Source of the DNA: Nostoc sp. PCC 7120 = FACHB-418
GTDB taxonomy: Bacteria > Cyanobacteriota > Cyanobacteriia > Cyanobacteriales > Nostocaceae
Assembly: GCF_000009705.1 (NCBI RefSeq)
Contig: NC_003272.1
Span: 3,690,001-3,722,000, forward strand
Reading direction: 5' to 3'
Length of the DNA: 32,000 nt
The position numbers and the translations under genes were made by a program. The notes below the pieces were generated by a model. The model was not told the origin of the DNA. It worked only from the letters and a program-made list of their open reading frames with translations, and ran no database searches. This document shows, piece after piece, positions 6,127 through 14,657 of the stretch (position 1 is the stretch's first letter; each line of letters opens with the position of its first letter).

Positions 6127-9100
6127 TTAGCTTTCCGAAGTTTCTTGAACAAACTTCTTACGGATGGTTTTTCTTTGTTCCCCACTATTGACAGTGATCA
6201 GATAATCTAGCAAGTCTTCCGAGAAGGGGACGCGCAGGTGAAAAGTTCCGTCAGATTTGAGTGTGATTGGTTTGCCGGCAATATTGACTGTTGCACCTGG
6301 ATCTGTGGCTCCGTGGATAATTAACTCAGTATCTGCTAAAAACCAAAAATCTCCTTGGGGACTACTAAAGACACGAACAGTGTCGGAACTGGCAATAGTT
6401 ACCCATTCATCGTCTGGGGTAGCGTAGCCAACTTCTGTCATATAGTCACGATCGCTCTGGGGAATTGACACATAGCGATCGCAGGTGATTTCATCAAATT
6501 CATATTGCTGCACCAATTGGGGACGCTGGTAACTCTGGTCAATATTGGTGGCATCATAAAGCCGTAATGCTAGTTGGGAAATCCCTGCATCCTTGAGTAA
6601 TTGCTGATGAGTTGCGGAAATGTCCCAACTTACATAAGCCCACTTGGAAGTACGAGGGTGGAAGACAACACTACTGGCTTCGTCTATTGCTGGTAAATTT
6701 TGGGATAGAGAGTCTATATGTGGGCGATCAAAGATGCGGACGCTATGAGAACGGGCAATAGTAGTCCAGTTTTCACCGCCGCTTAGATAGCCAATTTCGA
6801 TTATATAATCGCGATCGCTTGCCGGAATGGGTACATAGCGATCGCTTGTTCCTGGCTCACATTCATACTGCTGTGCCTGGTGGGGATTTTGGTAACTCAG
6901 ATCAACACCAGTAATGTCATAAAGTCGCAATGCTAATTCTGAGGAACCTTGAGCTTGGAACTTTTGCTGATCACTAGGTGAAATATACCAAGAAACATAA
7001 GCCCATTCAGGGTTACGGGGTCTGATGACAATATTACTGTCTTCTTCCTCGTCTGCTAACTCCTCGGTTGTGGCTAAATTCTCTTCAGGAGTATTAGGTG
7101 ATGGTAATACTGTGGATGTGTCACTTTCCTCAACATCATTTTTACCAACCCAGGTTTCTACCCCTACACCTGCTAAGACTGCACCACCGGCTAAAACCCC
7201 TAAACTGGATGGAGTGAGATATTCTGGATCTTCCAGTGTGCTACTCTCATGAACTTCGGCTGCATCGGCTACCAAATTGAGTGCATCTTCGGGAATATCG
7301 GCAAATTTTGGCAGTGAAGCTGTTACTTCCGCCGTTGTTTCTTGTTGGGGTAATTCAGTCGAGGCGATCGCTGCTATGGTTTCCTCAACTTGTTCATCCA
7401 CAGATGAGATATTTGTCTGTTCTATAATTGGGGCTGTCCAATTGTTAGCGACTTCGCTATTTTCTTCTGGTTCATCGGCAAAAATCGCCTCAAAGTCTGG
7501 CAAGTCTGGCAGTGAGTCCACTATCTCAGATGTATCTTCGCTGACTGGATAGGTTGCTAATTCGGGTTCTTGGTTATCTTCTGGCTCCCCATAAGTTTGA
7601 TCTGGTAAATTTGCTGGCGGCTGGGGTTGTTCCTCTGTGATTGGGTGATGATTATCCCCATTCGATGAGATTTCGGGGATTTCTGGGGCGATATTTGCTG
7701 TTTGTGTTTCTGTATTAGTGGGCGCTTTCCCGACTTCGATCATTTGGGGATAGGAAGTGTTAACCACAGATGCTGGTGCTTCCATATCCCAAGGTGATTG
7801 CTCCAATTCAGGCGGGATTGTTACTTGATAATTACTAGTGTAATTGGTGTTCTTCGGCTCTTGATCAGCTACAGCCGTGGTATTTGTGGTGGGGGATGCT
7901 ACTGCACTTGTCCCTGCGACTGCGGTCACAGTATTGCCATCACTTACGGTGGGATGTAGCCCATTGCGGATTTCTACTAATGGTTCAGTGGTAGGTGTTT
8001 CCGTCTCGCCAGAAATGGGTTCTGTGGTGCTTTCTAATACTTTATTTGTGGATGGACGTTTAACAAACCACAATAATAGTCCAGCTATAGCCCCTACTGG
8101 CAACAACAACCACCATAGCAAAGAGCGATCCAATCTAGGTGTTTCTGGGGGAGCCACTACAGCAGGCTGATTCACATTAGTGCTGGTACTGGCAGCATTA
8201 GGAAAAGTGTTAGCTGTGGGTGTGGTTTCCAGAATGGGAGAGGAATTGATTGCTGGTGTGGTTTCTGCTGTGGGGGAAGAATTGGCTGCTGGTGTAGCCA
8301 GAGAATTGGCGGTTGTAAAGGATGCTTGTTGAACTGCATCTTTGGCGATCGCTTCTGCTTCAGCTGCTCTTGCCGTTTCTATTGCCTTTTGCCCTGGTGA
8401 TGCTAAAGCAAAACCGAGAAAAGCGGCGATCGCTGGACTAGGATTCTTTTTATAAACGTAAACTAGCGGCTGAGAAAAAGGATATTTAGGGTCATCTGGT
8501 GAGGTGTCGTGTAATTTAAGTACTCGCACACCAGGCAATTTGGATATTTGATTAGCTCTGGCGTAGCTGATTCCGTCTTTACCCAGTTGTTTGACAATTT
8601 CGGTGGTGTTGTCTTCTGTTATCTGAGTCGCAGTCGAGCCTGTGGCAAATTTAGCAGCCTTGAAGACTGGATAGTTATTTAATGCTTCGCGGGTATCGCT
8701 GGTGCTAGGGCGATCAATCACCCGAATCCTCGCTGATGGCGCTCCTAGTTGTGACCAATTAGTAATGCGTCCGCGAAAAATTCTGGCAAATTGCCGATCT
8801 GTCAAGCTGCCTTTAAAGGGATTTTCTTCCCCAACAATAATAGCTATCTTTTCCCGATGTAACCTGACCTGTTCTAAACCTTGGGCTTTTTCTTCCGGGG
8901 TCAAACCACGACCAATAGCTGCCACATCAATACTTCCATCTAATACAGATTTGAGGGCAGCTTCTGTACCATTAATAGCCACATCTACTCTTGTACCAGT
9001 GAACTGTTGCTCAAAACCCTGTTTTAGGCTTTGATTCACTGCTATCAAGGTACTTGAGCCATCAATCCGCACTGTCGTGCCGTTTTCCACAGTTTGCGGT

Positions 9101-9243
9101 AGCGCGAAATTGGGTGTGTCAGTCTCCGATTGTGCCAGCATGGGGGCTGACAATAACAGATTTGCTGCGATGGGGGTGGTTGTTAAGGCAAACAATAATG
9201 CCAGATTCACTATGCCACTATCTTGTTTATTTTTTTGCCACAT
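6127..9243 (-). CDS. 1038-aa membrane protein: signal/anchor, PstS-like periplasmic binding domain, TM helix, long acidic low-complexity region, two DUF4912-like repeats
   Basis: PBP_like_2-type motifs occur at aa ~55-290 (DGSSTLIAVNQSLKQGF...VAINGTEAALKSVLDGSIDVAAIGRGLTPEEK). A hydrophobic helix LLWWLLLPVGAIAGLLLWFV is at aa 375-394. Aa 400-736 are Glu/Pro/Thr-rich. Two ~100-aa repeats (aa 737-838 and 858-959) both carry P-R-x-x-x-W-A-Y-V-S-W, LALRLYD, DRYV-IP-SDRDY. Confidence 0.85.
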   Translation of the reverse strand: MWQKNKQDSGIVNLALLFALTTTPIAANLLLSAPMLAQSETDTPNFALPQTVENGTTVRIDGSSTLIAVNQSLKQGFEQQFTGTRVDVAINGTEAALKSVLDGSIDVAAIGRGLTPEEKAQGLEQVRLHREKIAIIVGEENPFKGSLTDRQFARIFRGRITNWSQLGAPSARIRVIDRPSTSDTREALNNYPVFKAAKFATGSTATQITEDNTTEIVKQLGKDGISYARANQISKLPGVRVLKLHDTSPDDPKYPFSQPLVYVYKKNPSPAIAAFLGFALASPGQKAIETARAAEAEAIAKDAVQQASFTTANSLATPAANSSPTAETTPAINSSPILETTPTANTFPNAASTSTNVNQPAVVAPPETPRLDRSLLWWLLLPVGAIAGLLLWFVKRPSTNKVLESTTEPISGETETPTTEPLVEIRNGLHPTVSDGNTVTAVAGTSAVASPTTNTTAVADQEPKNTNYTSNYQVTIPPELEQSPWDMEAPASVVNTSYPQMIEVGKAPTNTETQTANIAPEIPEISSNGDNHHPITEEQPQPPANLPDQTYGEPEDNQEPELATYPVSEDTSEIVDSLPDLPDFEAIFADEPEENSEVANNWTAPIIEQTNISSVDEQVEETIAAIASTELPQQETTAEVTASLPKFADIPEDALNLVADAAEVHESSTLEDPEYLTPSSLGVLAGGAVLAGVGVETWVGKNDVEESDTSTVLPSPNTPEENLATTEELADEEEDSNIVIRPRNPEWAYVSWYISPSDQQKFQAQGSSELALRLYDITGVDLSYQNPHQAQQYECEPGTSDRYVPIPASDRDYIIEIGYLSGGENWTTIARSHSVRIFDRPHIDSLSQNLPAIDEASSVVFHPRTSKWAYVSWDISATHQQLLKDAGISQLALRLYDATNIDQSYQRPQLVQQYEFDEITCDRYVSIPQSDRDYMTEVGYATPDDEWVTIASSDTVRVFSSPQGDFWFLADTELIIHGATDPGATVNIAGKPITLKSDGTFHLRVPFSEDLLDYLITVNSGEQRKTIRKKFVQETSES

Positions 9244-9534
9244 AATGCTCCTATTCAGGTACAGGGAACAGAAAACGAATAAGGTTTAAATTTATCTTGT
9301 TATACAGGAATAAACTGGCTAATTATACATCTGGTGTCAATATTTATTCTCACATTGTTAATTTACTTAGTATGATTAAATACTTTAATTTTAATTAATC
9401 TCTAAAATTTAGCGGAAACAGGTCAAGAAGAGGAAAAGGGGCAGCTTTGCTGGGAGACGGCGAGAAAGTTTCCCCCTGCTCCCTGCCCCCTGCCTCTTGT
9501 TGAATGCTGTACCAAAAGTTATAAACTATAGTTT

Positions 9535-11226
9535 ATGGCATCTACTATTCAAGCTTTACCTCAAGAAGTCGTGTACCTCATTACAGCAGGGGAGGTAATC
9601 GACTCATTTGCTGCTGTGGTGCGGGAATTGGTAGAAAATTCCTTGGATGCAGGTGCAAACAGAATTGTAGTTTATTTATGGCCGCAGCAATGGCGGGTTC
9701 GTGTGGCAGATAATGGTTGCGGCATGAACTTAGATGATTTGCAACAAGCCGCCTCAGCCCACAGCACCAGTAAAATTCGTTCTAGTGCAGATTTGTGGAA
9801 AATTCATAGTCTGGGATTTCGGGGTGAAGCACTACATAGTTTAACGACACTAGCAGATGTAGAAATTATCAGTCGCGCCCCCGAAAATGTGGGGTGGCGA
9901 GTAGTTTATGGTGATAGTGGGAAAGCAGTTCACGTTGAAGCGACAGCGATCGCTCCTGGTACAGTAGTCACAGTCTCGAATTTATTCGCCAGTTGTGCGG
10001 CTCGTCGTCAAGGCTTACCCACAACAGCACAGCAAATGAAAGCTGTGCAAGCCACAATTCAACAAATCGCTCTTTGTCATCCCCAAACCACCTGGCAAGT
10101 TTGGCAAAATGACCGGATTTGGTTCACCATCTCCCCCGCCGCCACAGCCGGACAACTCATACCCCAATTCCTCCCCCAACTACGCCCAAGTGACTTACAA
10201 GAAATCAAGTTAGAGATACCCAACCCAGAAAACCCACAACTCAGCACCAACAACAAGCCAAACGCCTCAGCACTTGCCCTAGTTGTAGGATTACCAGACC
10301 GTTGTCACCGCCATCGTCCAGATTGGGTGCGGGTAGCAATTAACGGACGGATGATTAAGTTGCCAGAATTAGAACAAACAATTTTGGCAGCATTCCACAG
10401 AACATTACCACGCGATCGCTACCCTCTTTGTTTTGTTCATCTTCTGATTTCCCCCGACCAAATCAACTGGAACCGCAACCCCGCAAAAACAGAAATTTAC
10501 CTCCACGATTTGAGTTATTGGCAAGAACAAGTGACTCAAGCCATTAACCAAGCACTACGGATTAGTGCTGCCAATATTCCAGAGTCTGTCCAGACAACGC
10601 GAGTTAGTCAACTACTCAAAGCCGCCGAAGAGAAAGGGAATTATAACTTTAATCCTCGAAACGCAAATCCAGCAGACAACACTCAGAACTACCTAAAAGC
10701 AGTAGCCCAAGTCAGTAACACTTATATAGTCGCAGAACATCCTGGGGGAATGTGGCTAGTAGAACAGCACATCGCCCATGAGCGAGTTTTATACGAACAA
10801 TTGTGTGATAATTGGCGACTCATTCCCGTTGAACCACCAATTATTCTTTATCAACTATCCCCAGCCCAAGTTGCCCAATTGCAACGCATCGGTTTAGATA
10901 TTGACATCTTTGGCGAACAACTTTGGGCAGTCCGTAACTTGCCGGCAATGTTACAACAACGTGAAGACTGTGCCGAAGCCATTTTAGAACTCAGTTGGGG
11001 AGGGGATTTACAAACAGCCCAAGTAGCCGTAGCCTGTCGCAGTGCTATTCGCAACGGTACTCCCATGAGTCTGCCAGAAATGCAGAAATTACTAGACGAT
11101 TGGCAACGTACTCGCAACCCCCGCACCTGTCCCCACGGTCGGCCGATTTATTTGTCATTAGATGAATCTTCCTTATCTCGGTTTTTCCGTCGTCATTGGG
11201 TGATTGGTAAAAGTCACGGTATATAA
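9535..11226 (+). CDS. mutL: DNA mismatch repair endonuclease MutL
   Basis: The N-terminal GHKL ATPase motifs are IAAGEVI-like LITAGEVIDSFAAVVRELVENSLDAGA, DNGCGM and GFRGEAL. The C-terminal endonuclease motif is EQHIAHERVLYE (10762-10797, a variant of DQHAxxExxxxE), with CPHGRP near the C-terminus. Confidence 0.95.
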   Translation: MASTIQALPQEVVYLITAGEVIDSFAAVVRELVENSLDAGANRIVVYLWPQQWRVRVADNGCGMNLDDLQQAASAHSTSKIRSSADLWKIHSLGFRGEALHSLTTLADVEIISRAPENVGWRVVYGDSGKAVHVEATAIAPGTVVTVSNLFASCAARRQGLPTTAQQMKAVQATIQQIALCHPQTTWQVWQNDRIWFTISPAATAGQLIPQFLPQLRPSDLQEIKLEIPNPENPQLSTNNKPNASALALVVGLPDRCHRHRPDWVRVAINGRMIKLPELEQTILAAFHRTLPRDRYPLCFVHLLISPDQINWNRNPAKTEIYLHDLSYWQEQVTQAINQALRISAANIPESVQTTRVSQLLKAAEEKGNYNFNPRNANPADNTQNYLKAVAQVSNTYIVAEHPGGMWLVEQHIAHERVLYEQLCDNWRLIPVEPPIILYQLSPAQVAQLQRIGLDIDIFGEQLWAVRNLPAMLQQREDCAEAILELSWGGDLQTAQVAVACRSAIRNGTPMSLPEMQKLLDDWQRTRNPRTCPHGRPIYLSLDESSLSRFFRRHWVIGKSHGI

Positions 11227-11241
11227 ATCAATTCAAAATAA

Positions 11242-11297
11242 GTCAACAGTCAACAGTCAACAGCCAACAGTCAACAGTCAACAGTCAACAGTCAACA
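11242..11297. repeat. STRR heptamer array, 8 x (G)TCAACA(G/C) = CAACAGT family
   Basis: GTCAACAGTCAACAGTCAACAGCCAACAGTCAACAGTCAACAGTCAACAGTCAACA lies between mutL and hisD. Confidence 0.95.
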
Positions 11298-11405
11298 TTA
11301 AAATCATCAGATTGAGTCAGCCTTTGACTTCCACTCAGGGTTAATATCGCTCTACACTAAATATTGTCCTTACTGCAAACCGGCATTAGCCCAGAGATAC
11401 TGTCC

Positions 11406-12701
11406 ATGCTAGTCTTGAAAACAACCGACAAAGAATTTTCTCCCAGATTCCAAAGCTTGGTGAGCGATCGCCGAGAAGCAACGGTTGATGTTAGTGGTAC
11501 AGTACGCGATATACTCGCTCATGTAAAAGCGCGTGGTGATGCCGCAGTCCAGGAATATACCAGTCGTTTTGATCACTATAGACCCCATTCTCATCATTTA
11601 AGTGCGGCTTTCATTGCCGAACAAGCAGCGAAATGTTCAGATGAGGTAAAAGCAGCCTTAGAACTAGCGGCTGAACGTATTAGTTCTTTTCATCAAAAAC
11701 AATTACCCCAAGATATTGGTTACACCGATACCGCAGGCGTAAAACTGGGCTTAAATTGGGTAGCTTTATCGCAAGTGGGAATTTATGTCCCTGGCGGACG
11801 CGCCAGTTACCCCAGTTCGGTCTTGATGAATGCCCTACCCGCCAAAATTGCAGGTGTAGAACGCATCGTTATGACTGTGCCTATGCCTCATGGGGAAATC
11901 AATCCCGCCGTTCTGGCTGCTGCCCAAGTCGCCGGCGTAACAGAAATATATAGTATAGGTGGAGCGCAAGCAGTCGGGGCGTTAGCCTACGGTACAGAAA
12001 CTATCACCCCCGTAGATAAAATTGTCGGGCCTGGTAATGCCTACGTTGCTGAAGCCAAACGCCAAGTATTTGGGACTGTGGGTATTGACAGCATCGCCGG
12101 GCCTTCGGAAATTTTAGTTGTCGCCGATCGCCAAAACAATCCAGAATGGATCGCCTGGGATTTATTATCCCAAGCTGAACACGATCCCAGCGCTCAATCA
12201 ATTTTAATTACTGACTCTGAATCCTTTGCCCAACAAGTGATTGCGGCGGTAGAGCAAATCCTCACTACCTTACCCAGTCAAAAAGTAGCCAGTAGTAGTT
12301 GGCAAAATCATGGGGCAGTGATTATTGTTAGGGATTTAGCCGAAAGTATCCCTTTACTCAATCAACTAGCTCCAGAACACGTAGAACTGTGTGTAGATAA
12401 CCCTCAATTGCTAGCTAGTCAAATTAAGTGTGCTGGTAGTTTATTTTTAGGTCGTTATACTCCAGAGGCGATCGGTGATTATTTAGGTGGCCCCAATCAC
12501 GTATTACCTACTTCCCGTTCTGCCCGCTTTGCTTCCGGCTTAAGTGTCTACGATTTTCTCAAGCGCATTACCTATTTAGAATGCAATCAAGCGGCATTGC
12601 AGAAAATAGGCCAGTCCGCCGTCACTCTTGCAGAAACTGAGGGTTTACCAGCTCATGCAGGTAGTGTAGCGGTGCGTTTGCAAGGGCTGAAAGATATGTA
12701 G
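11406..12701 (+). CDS. hisD: histidinol dehydrogenase
   Basis: Motifs are YVPGGRASYPSSVLM, IGGAQAVGALAYGT, VGPGNAYVAEAKR, SQAEHD and GGPNHVLPT. The track start at 11364 is a TTG; the first ATG is at 11406 (MLVLKTTD). Confidence 0.93.
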   Translation: MLVLKTTDKEFSPRFQSLVSDRREATVDVSGTVRDILAHVKARGDAAVQEYTSRFDHYRPHSHHLSAAFIAEQAAKCSDEVKAALELAAERISSFHQKQLPQDIGYTDTAGVKLGLNWVALSQVGIYVPGGRASYPSSVLMNALPAKIAGVERIVMTVPMPHGEINPAVLAAAQVAGVTEIYSIGGAQAVGALAYGTETITPVDKIVGPGNAYVAEAKRQVFGTVGIDSIAGPSEILVVADRQNNPEWIAWDLLSQAEHDPSAQSILITDSESFAQQVIAAVEQILTTLPSQKVASSSWQNHGAVIIVRDLAESIPLLNQLAPEHVELCVDNPQLLASQIKCAGSLFLGRYTPEAIGDYLGGPNHVLPTSRSARFASGLSVYDFLKRITYLECNQAALQKIGQSAVTLAETEGLPAHAGSVAVRLQGLKDM

Positions 12702-12736
12702 GGGTGTTGGGGTATAGGGGTTTAGGGGTATAGGGG
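12701..12736. repeat. five GGGG tracts with 4-nt spacers (8-nt period)
   Basis: GGGGTGTTGGGGTATAGGGGTTTAGGGGTATAGGGG begins within the hisD stop codon. Confidence 0.85.
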
Positions 12737-12769
12737 TTCAAATATATTTAAAGAATGAAATGTACTAAT

Positions 12770-12801
12770 CCCCAATCCCCAGTCCCCAATCCCCAATCCC
12801 C
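12770..12801. repeat. STRR heptamer array (CCCCAAT/CCCCAGT), five CCCC tracts
   Basis: CCCCAATCCCCAGTCCCCAATCCCCAATCCCC. It is in inverted orientation relative to the G-tract array 34 nt upstream. Confidence 0.9.
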
Positions 12802-12848
12802 ACACTGGCAACCCCAAACAACCTACTATATCTATTTATCTATTAATC

Positions 12849-12965
12849 GATGCTGAATACCAAGTTACTCGATTTAGAGGCAGCGATCGCATTGTCTCCC
12901 TTGCTTTCCCGGAATTGAATTTAACCGCCGAGCAGATTTTTCAAGCCACTAGTCTCACATCATGA
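12849..12965 (+). pseudogene. C-terminal remnant of a Uma2-family (DUF820) endonuclease gene
   Basis: The frame ending at TGA 12963-12965 reads DAEYQVTRFRGSDRIVSLAFPELNLTAEQIFQATSLTS. This matches my recollection of the typical Uma2 C-terminus (...G-D-I-S---FPEL-LTAEQIF). There is no start codon or N-terminal nuclease domain, and the frame runs back into the STRR array. Confidence 0.45.
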
Positions 12966-13377
12966 GAATAAAACGACTACTGATTGAAGGTTCCTGAAGA
13001 TATTGGGTCGCAAAATAAATCTTAGGCGATCGCTGGGGCAGTCTTAATAGAAAAAGCAAAGTACAAGCAACTACAAAAGACAATAAGCCTGTTTCCGCAC
13101 AAATACACAAATTAGATGAAGCTATGATGAAGTTGATTTAAATTAATGAAATTAAATTCTATGTTGCGTAAGTGCTTTACAAGTGTATATACTCTCTACA
13201 ATGTAAAGTTTTTGCAAAGAGGGGAATGATACAGTGACTTTTAAACCTAGAGATACTACCATATACCTGTGTGTTCTTATGTAAAGTAGTTATAAAATTT
13301 ACAACTATTTTGCAGTATCTTCCCTATTGACTTAATTGCAAACTTGCGGGGTGATGATATCGCCTAGGGTGTGAGTA

Positions 13378-14592
13378 ATGCGTAAACCAGTTCTAACCAT
13401 CTTTTACCAGTTCAATCCCTGGCAAACTTCTATTGGAGGAATTCAGACATTAATCAACACGTTTATCAAGTATGCTCCTAGTGATTTTGAAGTGCGGCTG
13501 GTGGGAACAGCTAGCGATTCTAGTCAGTCCCTTGGTAAATGGCAAGATGCAGAATTTGCAGGTAGAGAGGTTAGCTTTTTACCTATTCTCAAGTTAGAAG
13601 ACGATAACGTTAGAGGTTTAATCCCAACTACAGTCAGATATACGGCTGCATTGTTAGGCCGTTCCCTGTCATCAGATTTTATGCACTTTCATCGGCTTGA
13701 GCCTAGCTTGGCAGCCATGAACTGGCAGGGAGAAAAAACGATATTTATTCACAATGATATTCACACACAGATGGCAACTGTGGCCGACCGCAAAGCCATA
13801 CTGTGGCGCAGATTTCCAGCAGCCTACTTTGCTCTTGAGAGTATATTAATCCGCCAGTTTAGTCAGATATTGTCTTGTAACACTGATGCTGCACAGTTTT
13901 ACCGCCAGCGTTATCCCCAATTACAAGACCGTGTGGCATTCGTAAAAAACTCCTTTGATAACGAGGTTTTCTATTCTGGGAGTCAGCCGCAAAGGGAAGC
14001 TAATCGGCGCGAATTAGCATTGCAGATGGGACTAGACCCAGCAACACGTTTTATTCTGTTTGCTGGAAGACTGCATCCCCAAAAAGATCCAGTGTTGTTA
14101 GTACGTGCTTTCGCCGCTTTAAATCAACCCCACACTCACCTATTGATAGCAGGCGATGGAGAATTAGCTACTCCAGTACGTCAGGAAATTGAACAGTTAG
14201 GCTTATCTAGTCAGGTAACAATGCTGGGAGCATTGAAACAAAAAGAATTGGCTAGATTGCATCGCTTGAGTAGTGCTTTTGTTCTCAGCAGCGCTTATGA
14301 AGGTTTACCCTTAGTTGTCTTAGAAGCCTTGGCTAGTGGAACGCCGGTGGTAACAACTAAATGCGGTGAAACTCCTAAATTACTTCATTGCGATAGTGGT
14401 ATTGTCTGTGAGCAAAGAACACCGGATTCTATAGCCGATGCTTTACGGCGGATATTATTAAAGCCACAAGATTATCCCGTTGAGGCTTGTGTCCGCACGG
14501 CACAACCTTATGCTGCGCGTACTGTTGTGAGAGATGTTTATGGCGATATGTTAAATCGCTGGGAATTAAAAGAATTCTCGGTAATTAGCTGA
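13378..14592 (+). CDS. glycosyltransferase family 4 (GT-B)
   Basis: C-terminal retaining GT-B signature SSAYEGLPLVVLEALASGTPVVTT (E-x7-E). Confidence 0.85.
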   Translation: MRKPVLTIFYQFNPWQTSIGGIQTLINTFIKYAPSDFEVRLVGTASDSSQSLGKWQDAEFAGREVSFLPILKLEDDNVRGLIPTTVRYTAALLGRSLSSDFMHFHRLEPSLAAMNWQGEKTIFIHNDIHTQMATVADRKAILWRRFPAAYFALESILIRQFSQILSCNTDAAQFYRQRYPQLQDRVAFVKNSFDNEVFYSGSQPQREANRRELALQMGLDPATRFILFAGRLHPQKDPVLLVRAFAALNQPHTHLLIAGDGELATPVRQEIEQLGLSSQVTMLGALKQKELARLHRLSSAFVLSSAYEGLPLVVLEALASGTPVVTTKCGETPKLLHCDSGIVCEQRTPDSIADALRRILLKPQDYPVEACVRTAQPYAARTVVRDVYGDMLNRWELKEFSVIS

Positions 14593-14657
14593 CAAACAGA
14601 CAGTTTTCCCAACTGTCTTTAATTTTAGTGTGTTCCCTCATCAAAGAATTCAACATC

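Noticed and set aside
9420-9495. GC-rich segment with GGGGCAG ... CTGCCCC and CCCTGC(C/T) repeats upstream of mutL, considered as a possible structured RNA or riboswitch.
   Set aside because: Only short (6-7 bp) complementarities are present, and I recognise no riboswitch consensus. It is more simply a degenerate STRR-like repeat in a divergent promoter region.
11227-11405. Searched for a His-codon leader peptide or attenuator upstream of hisD, by analogy with the aroF leader.
   Set aside because: No run of CAT/CAC codons and no terminator-like hairpin with a T-run was found. The region is mostly the CAACAGT STRR array.
13185-13199. NtcA-like palindrome GTA-N9-TAC upstream of the polysaccharide cluster, with nearby CTTTACA/TGTAAAG inverted motifs.
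   Set aside because: The canonical NtcA site is GTA-N8-TAC with a -10 box about 22 nt downstream. The spacing here is 9 nt, and I see no properly placed -10 element.
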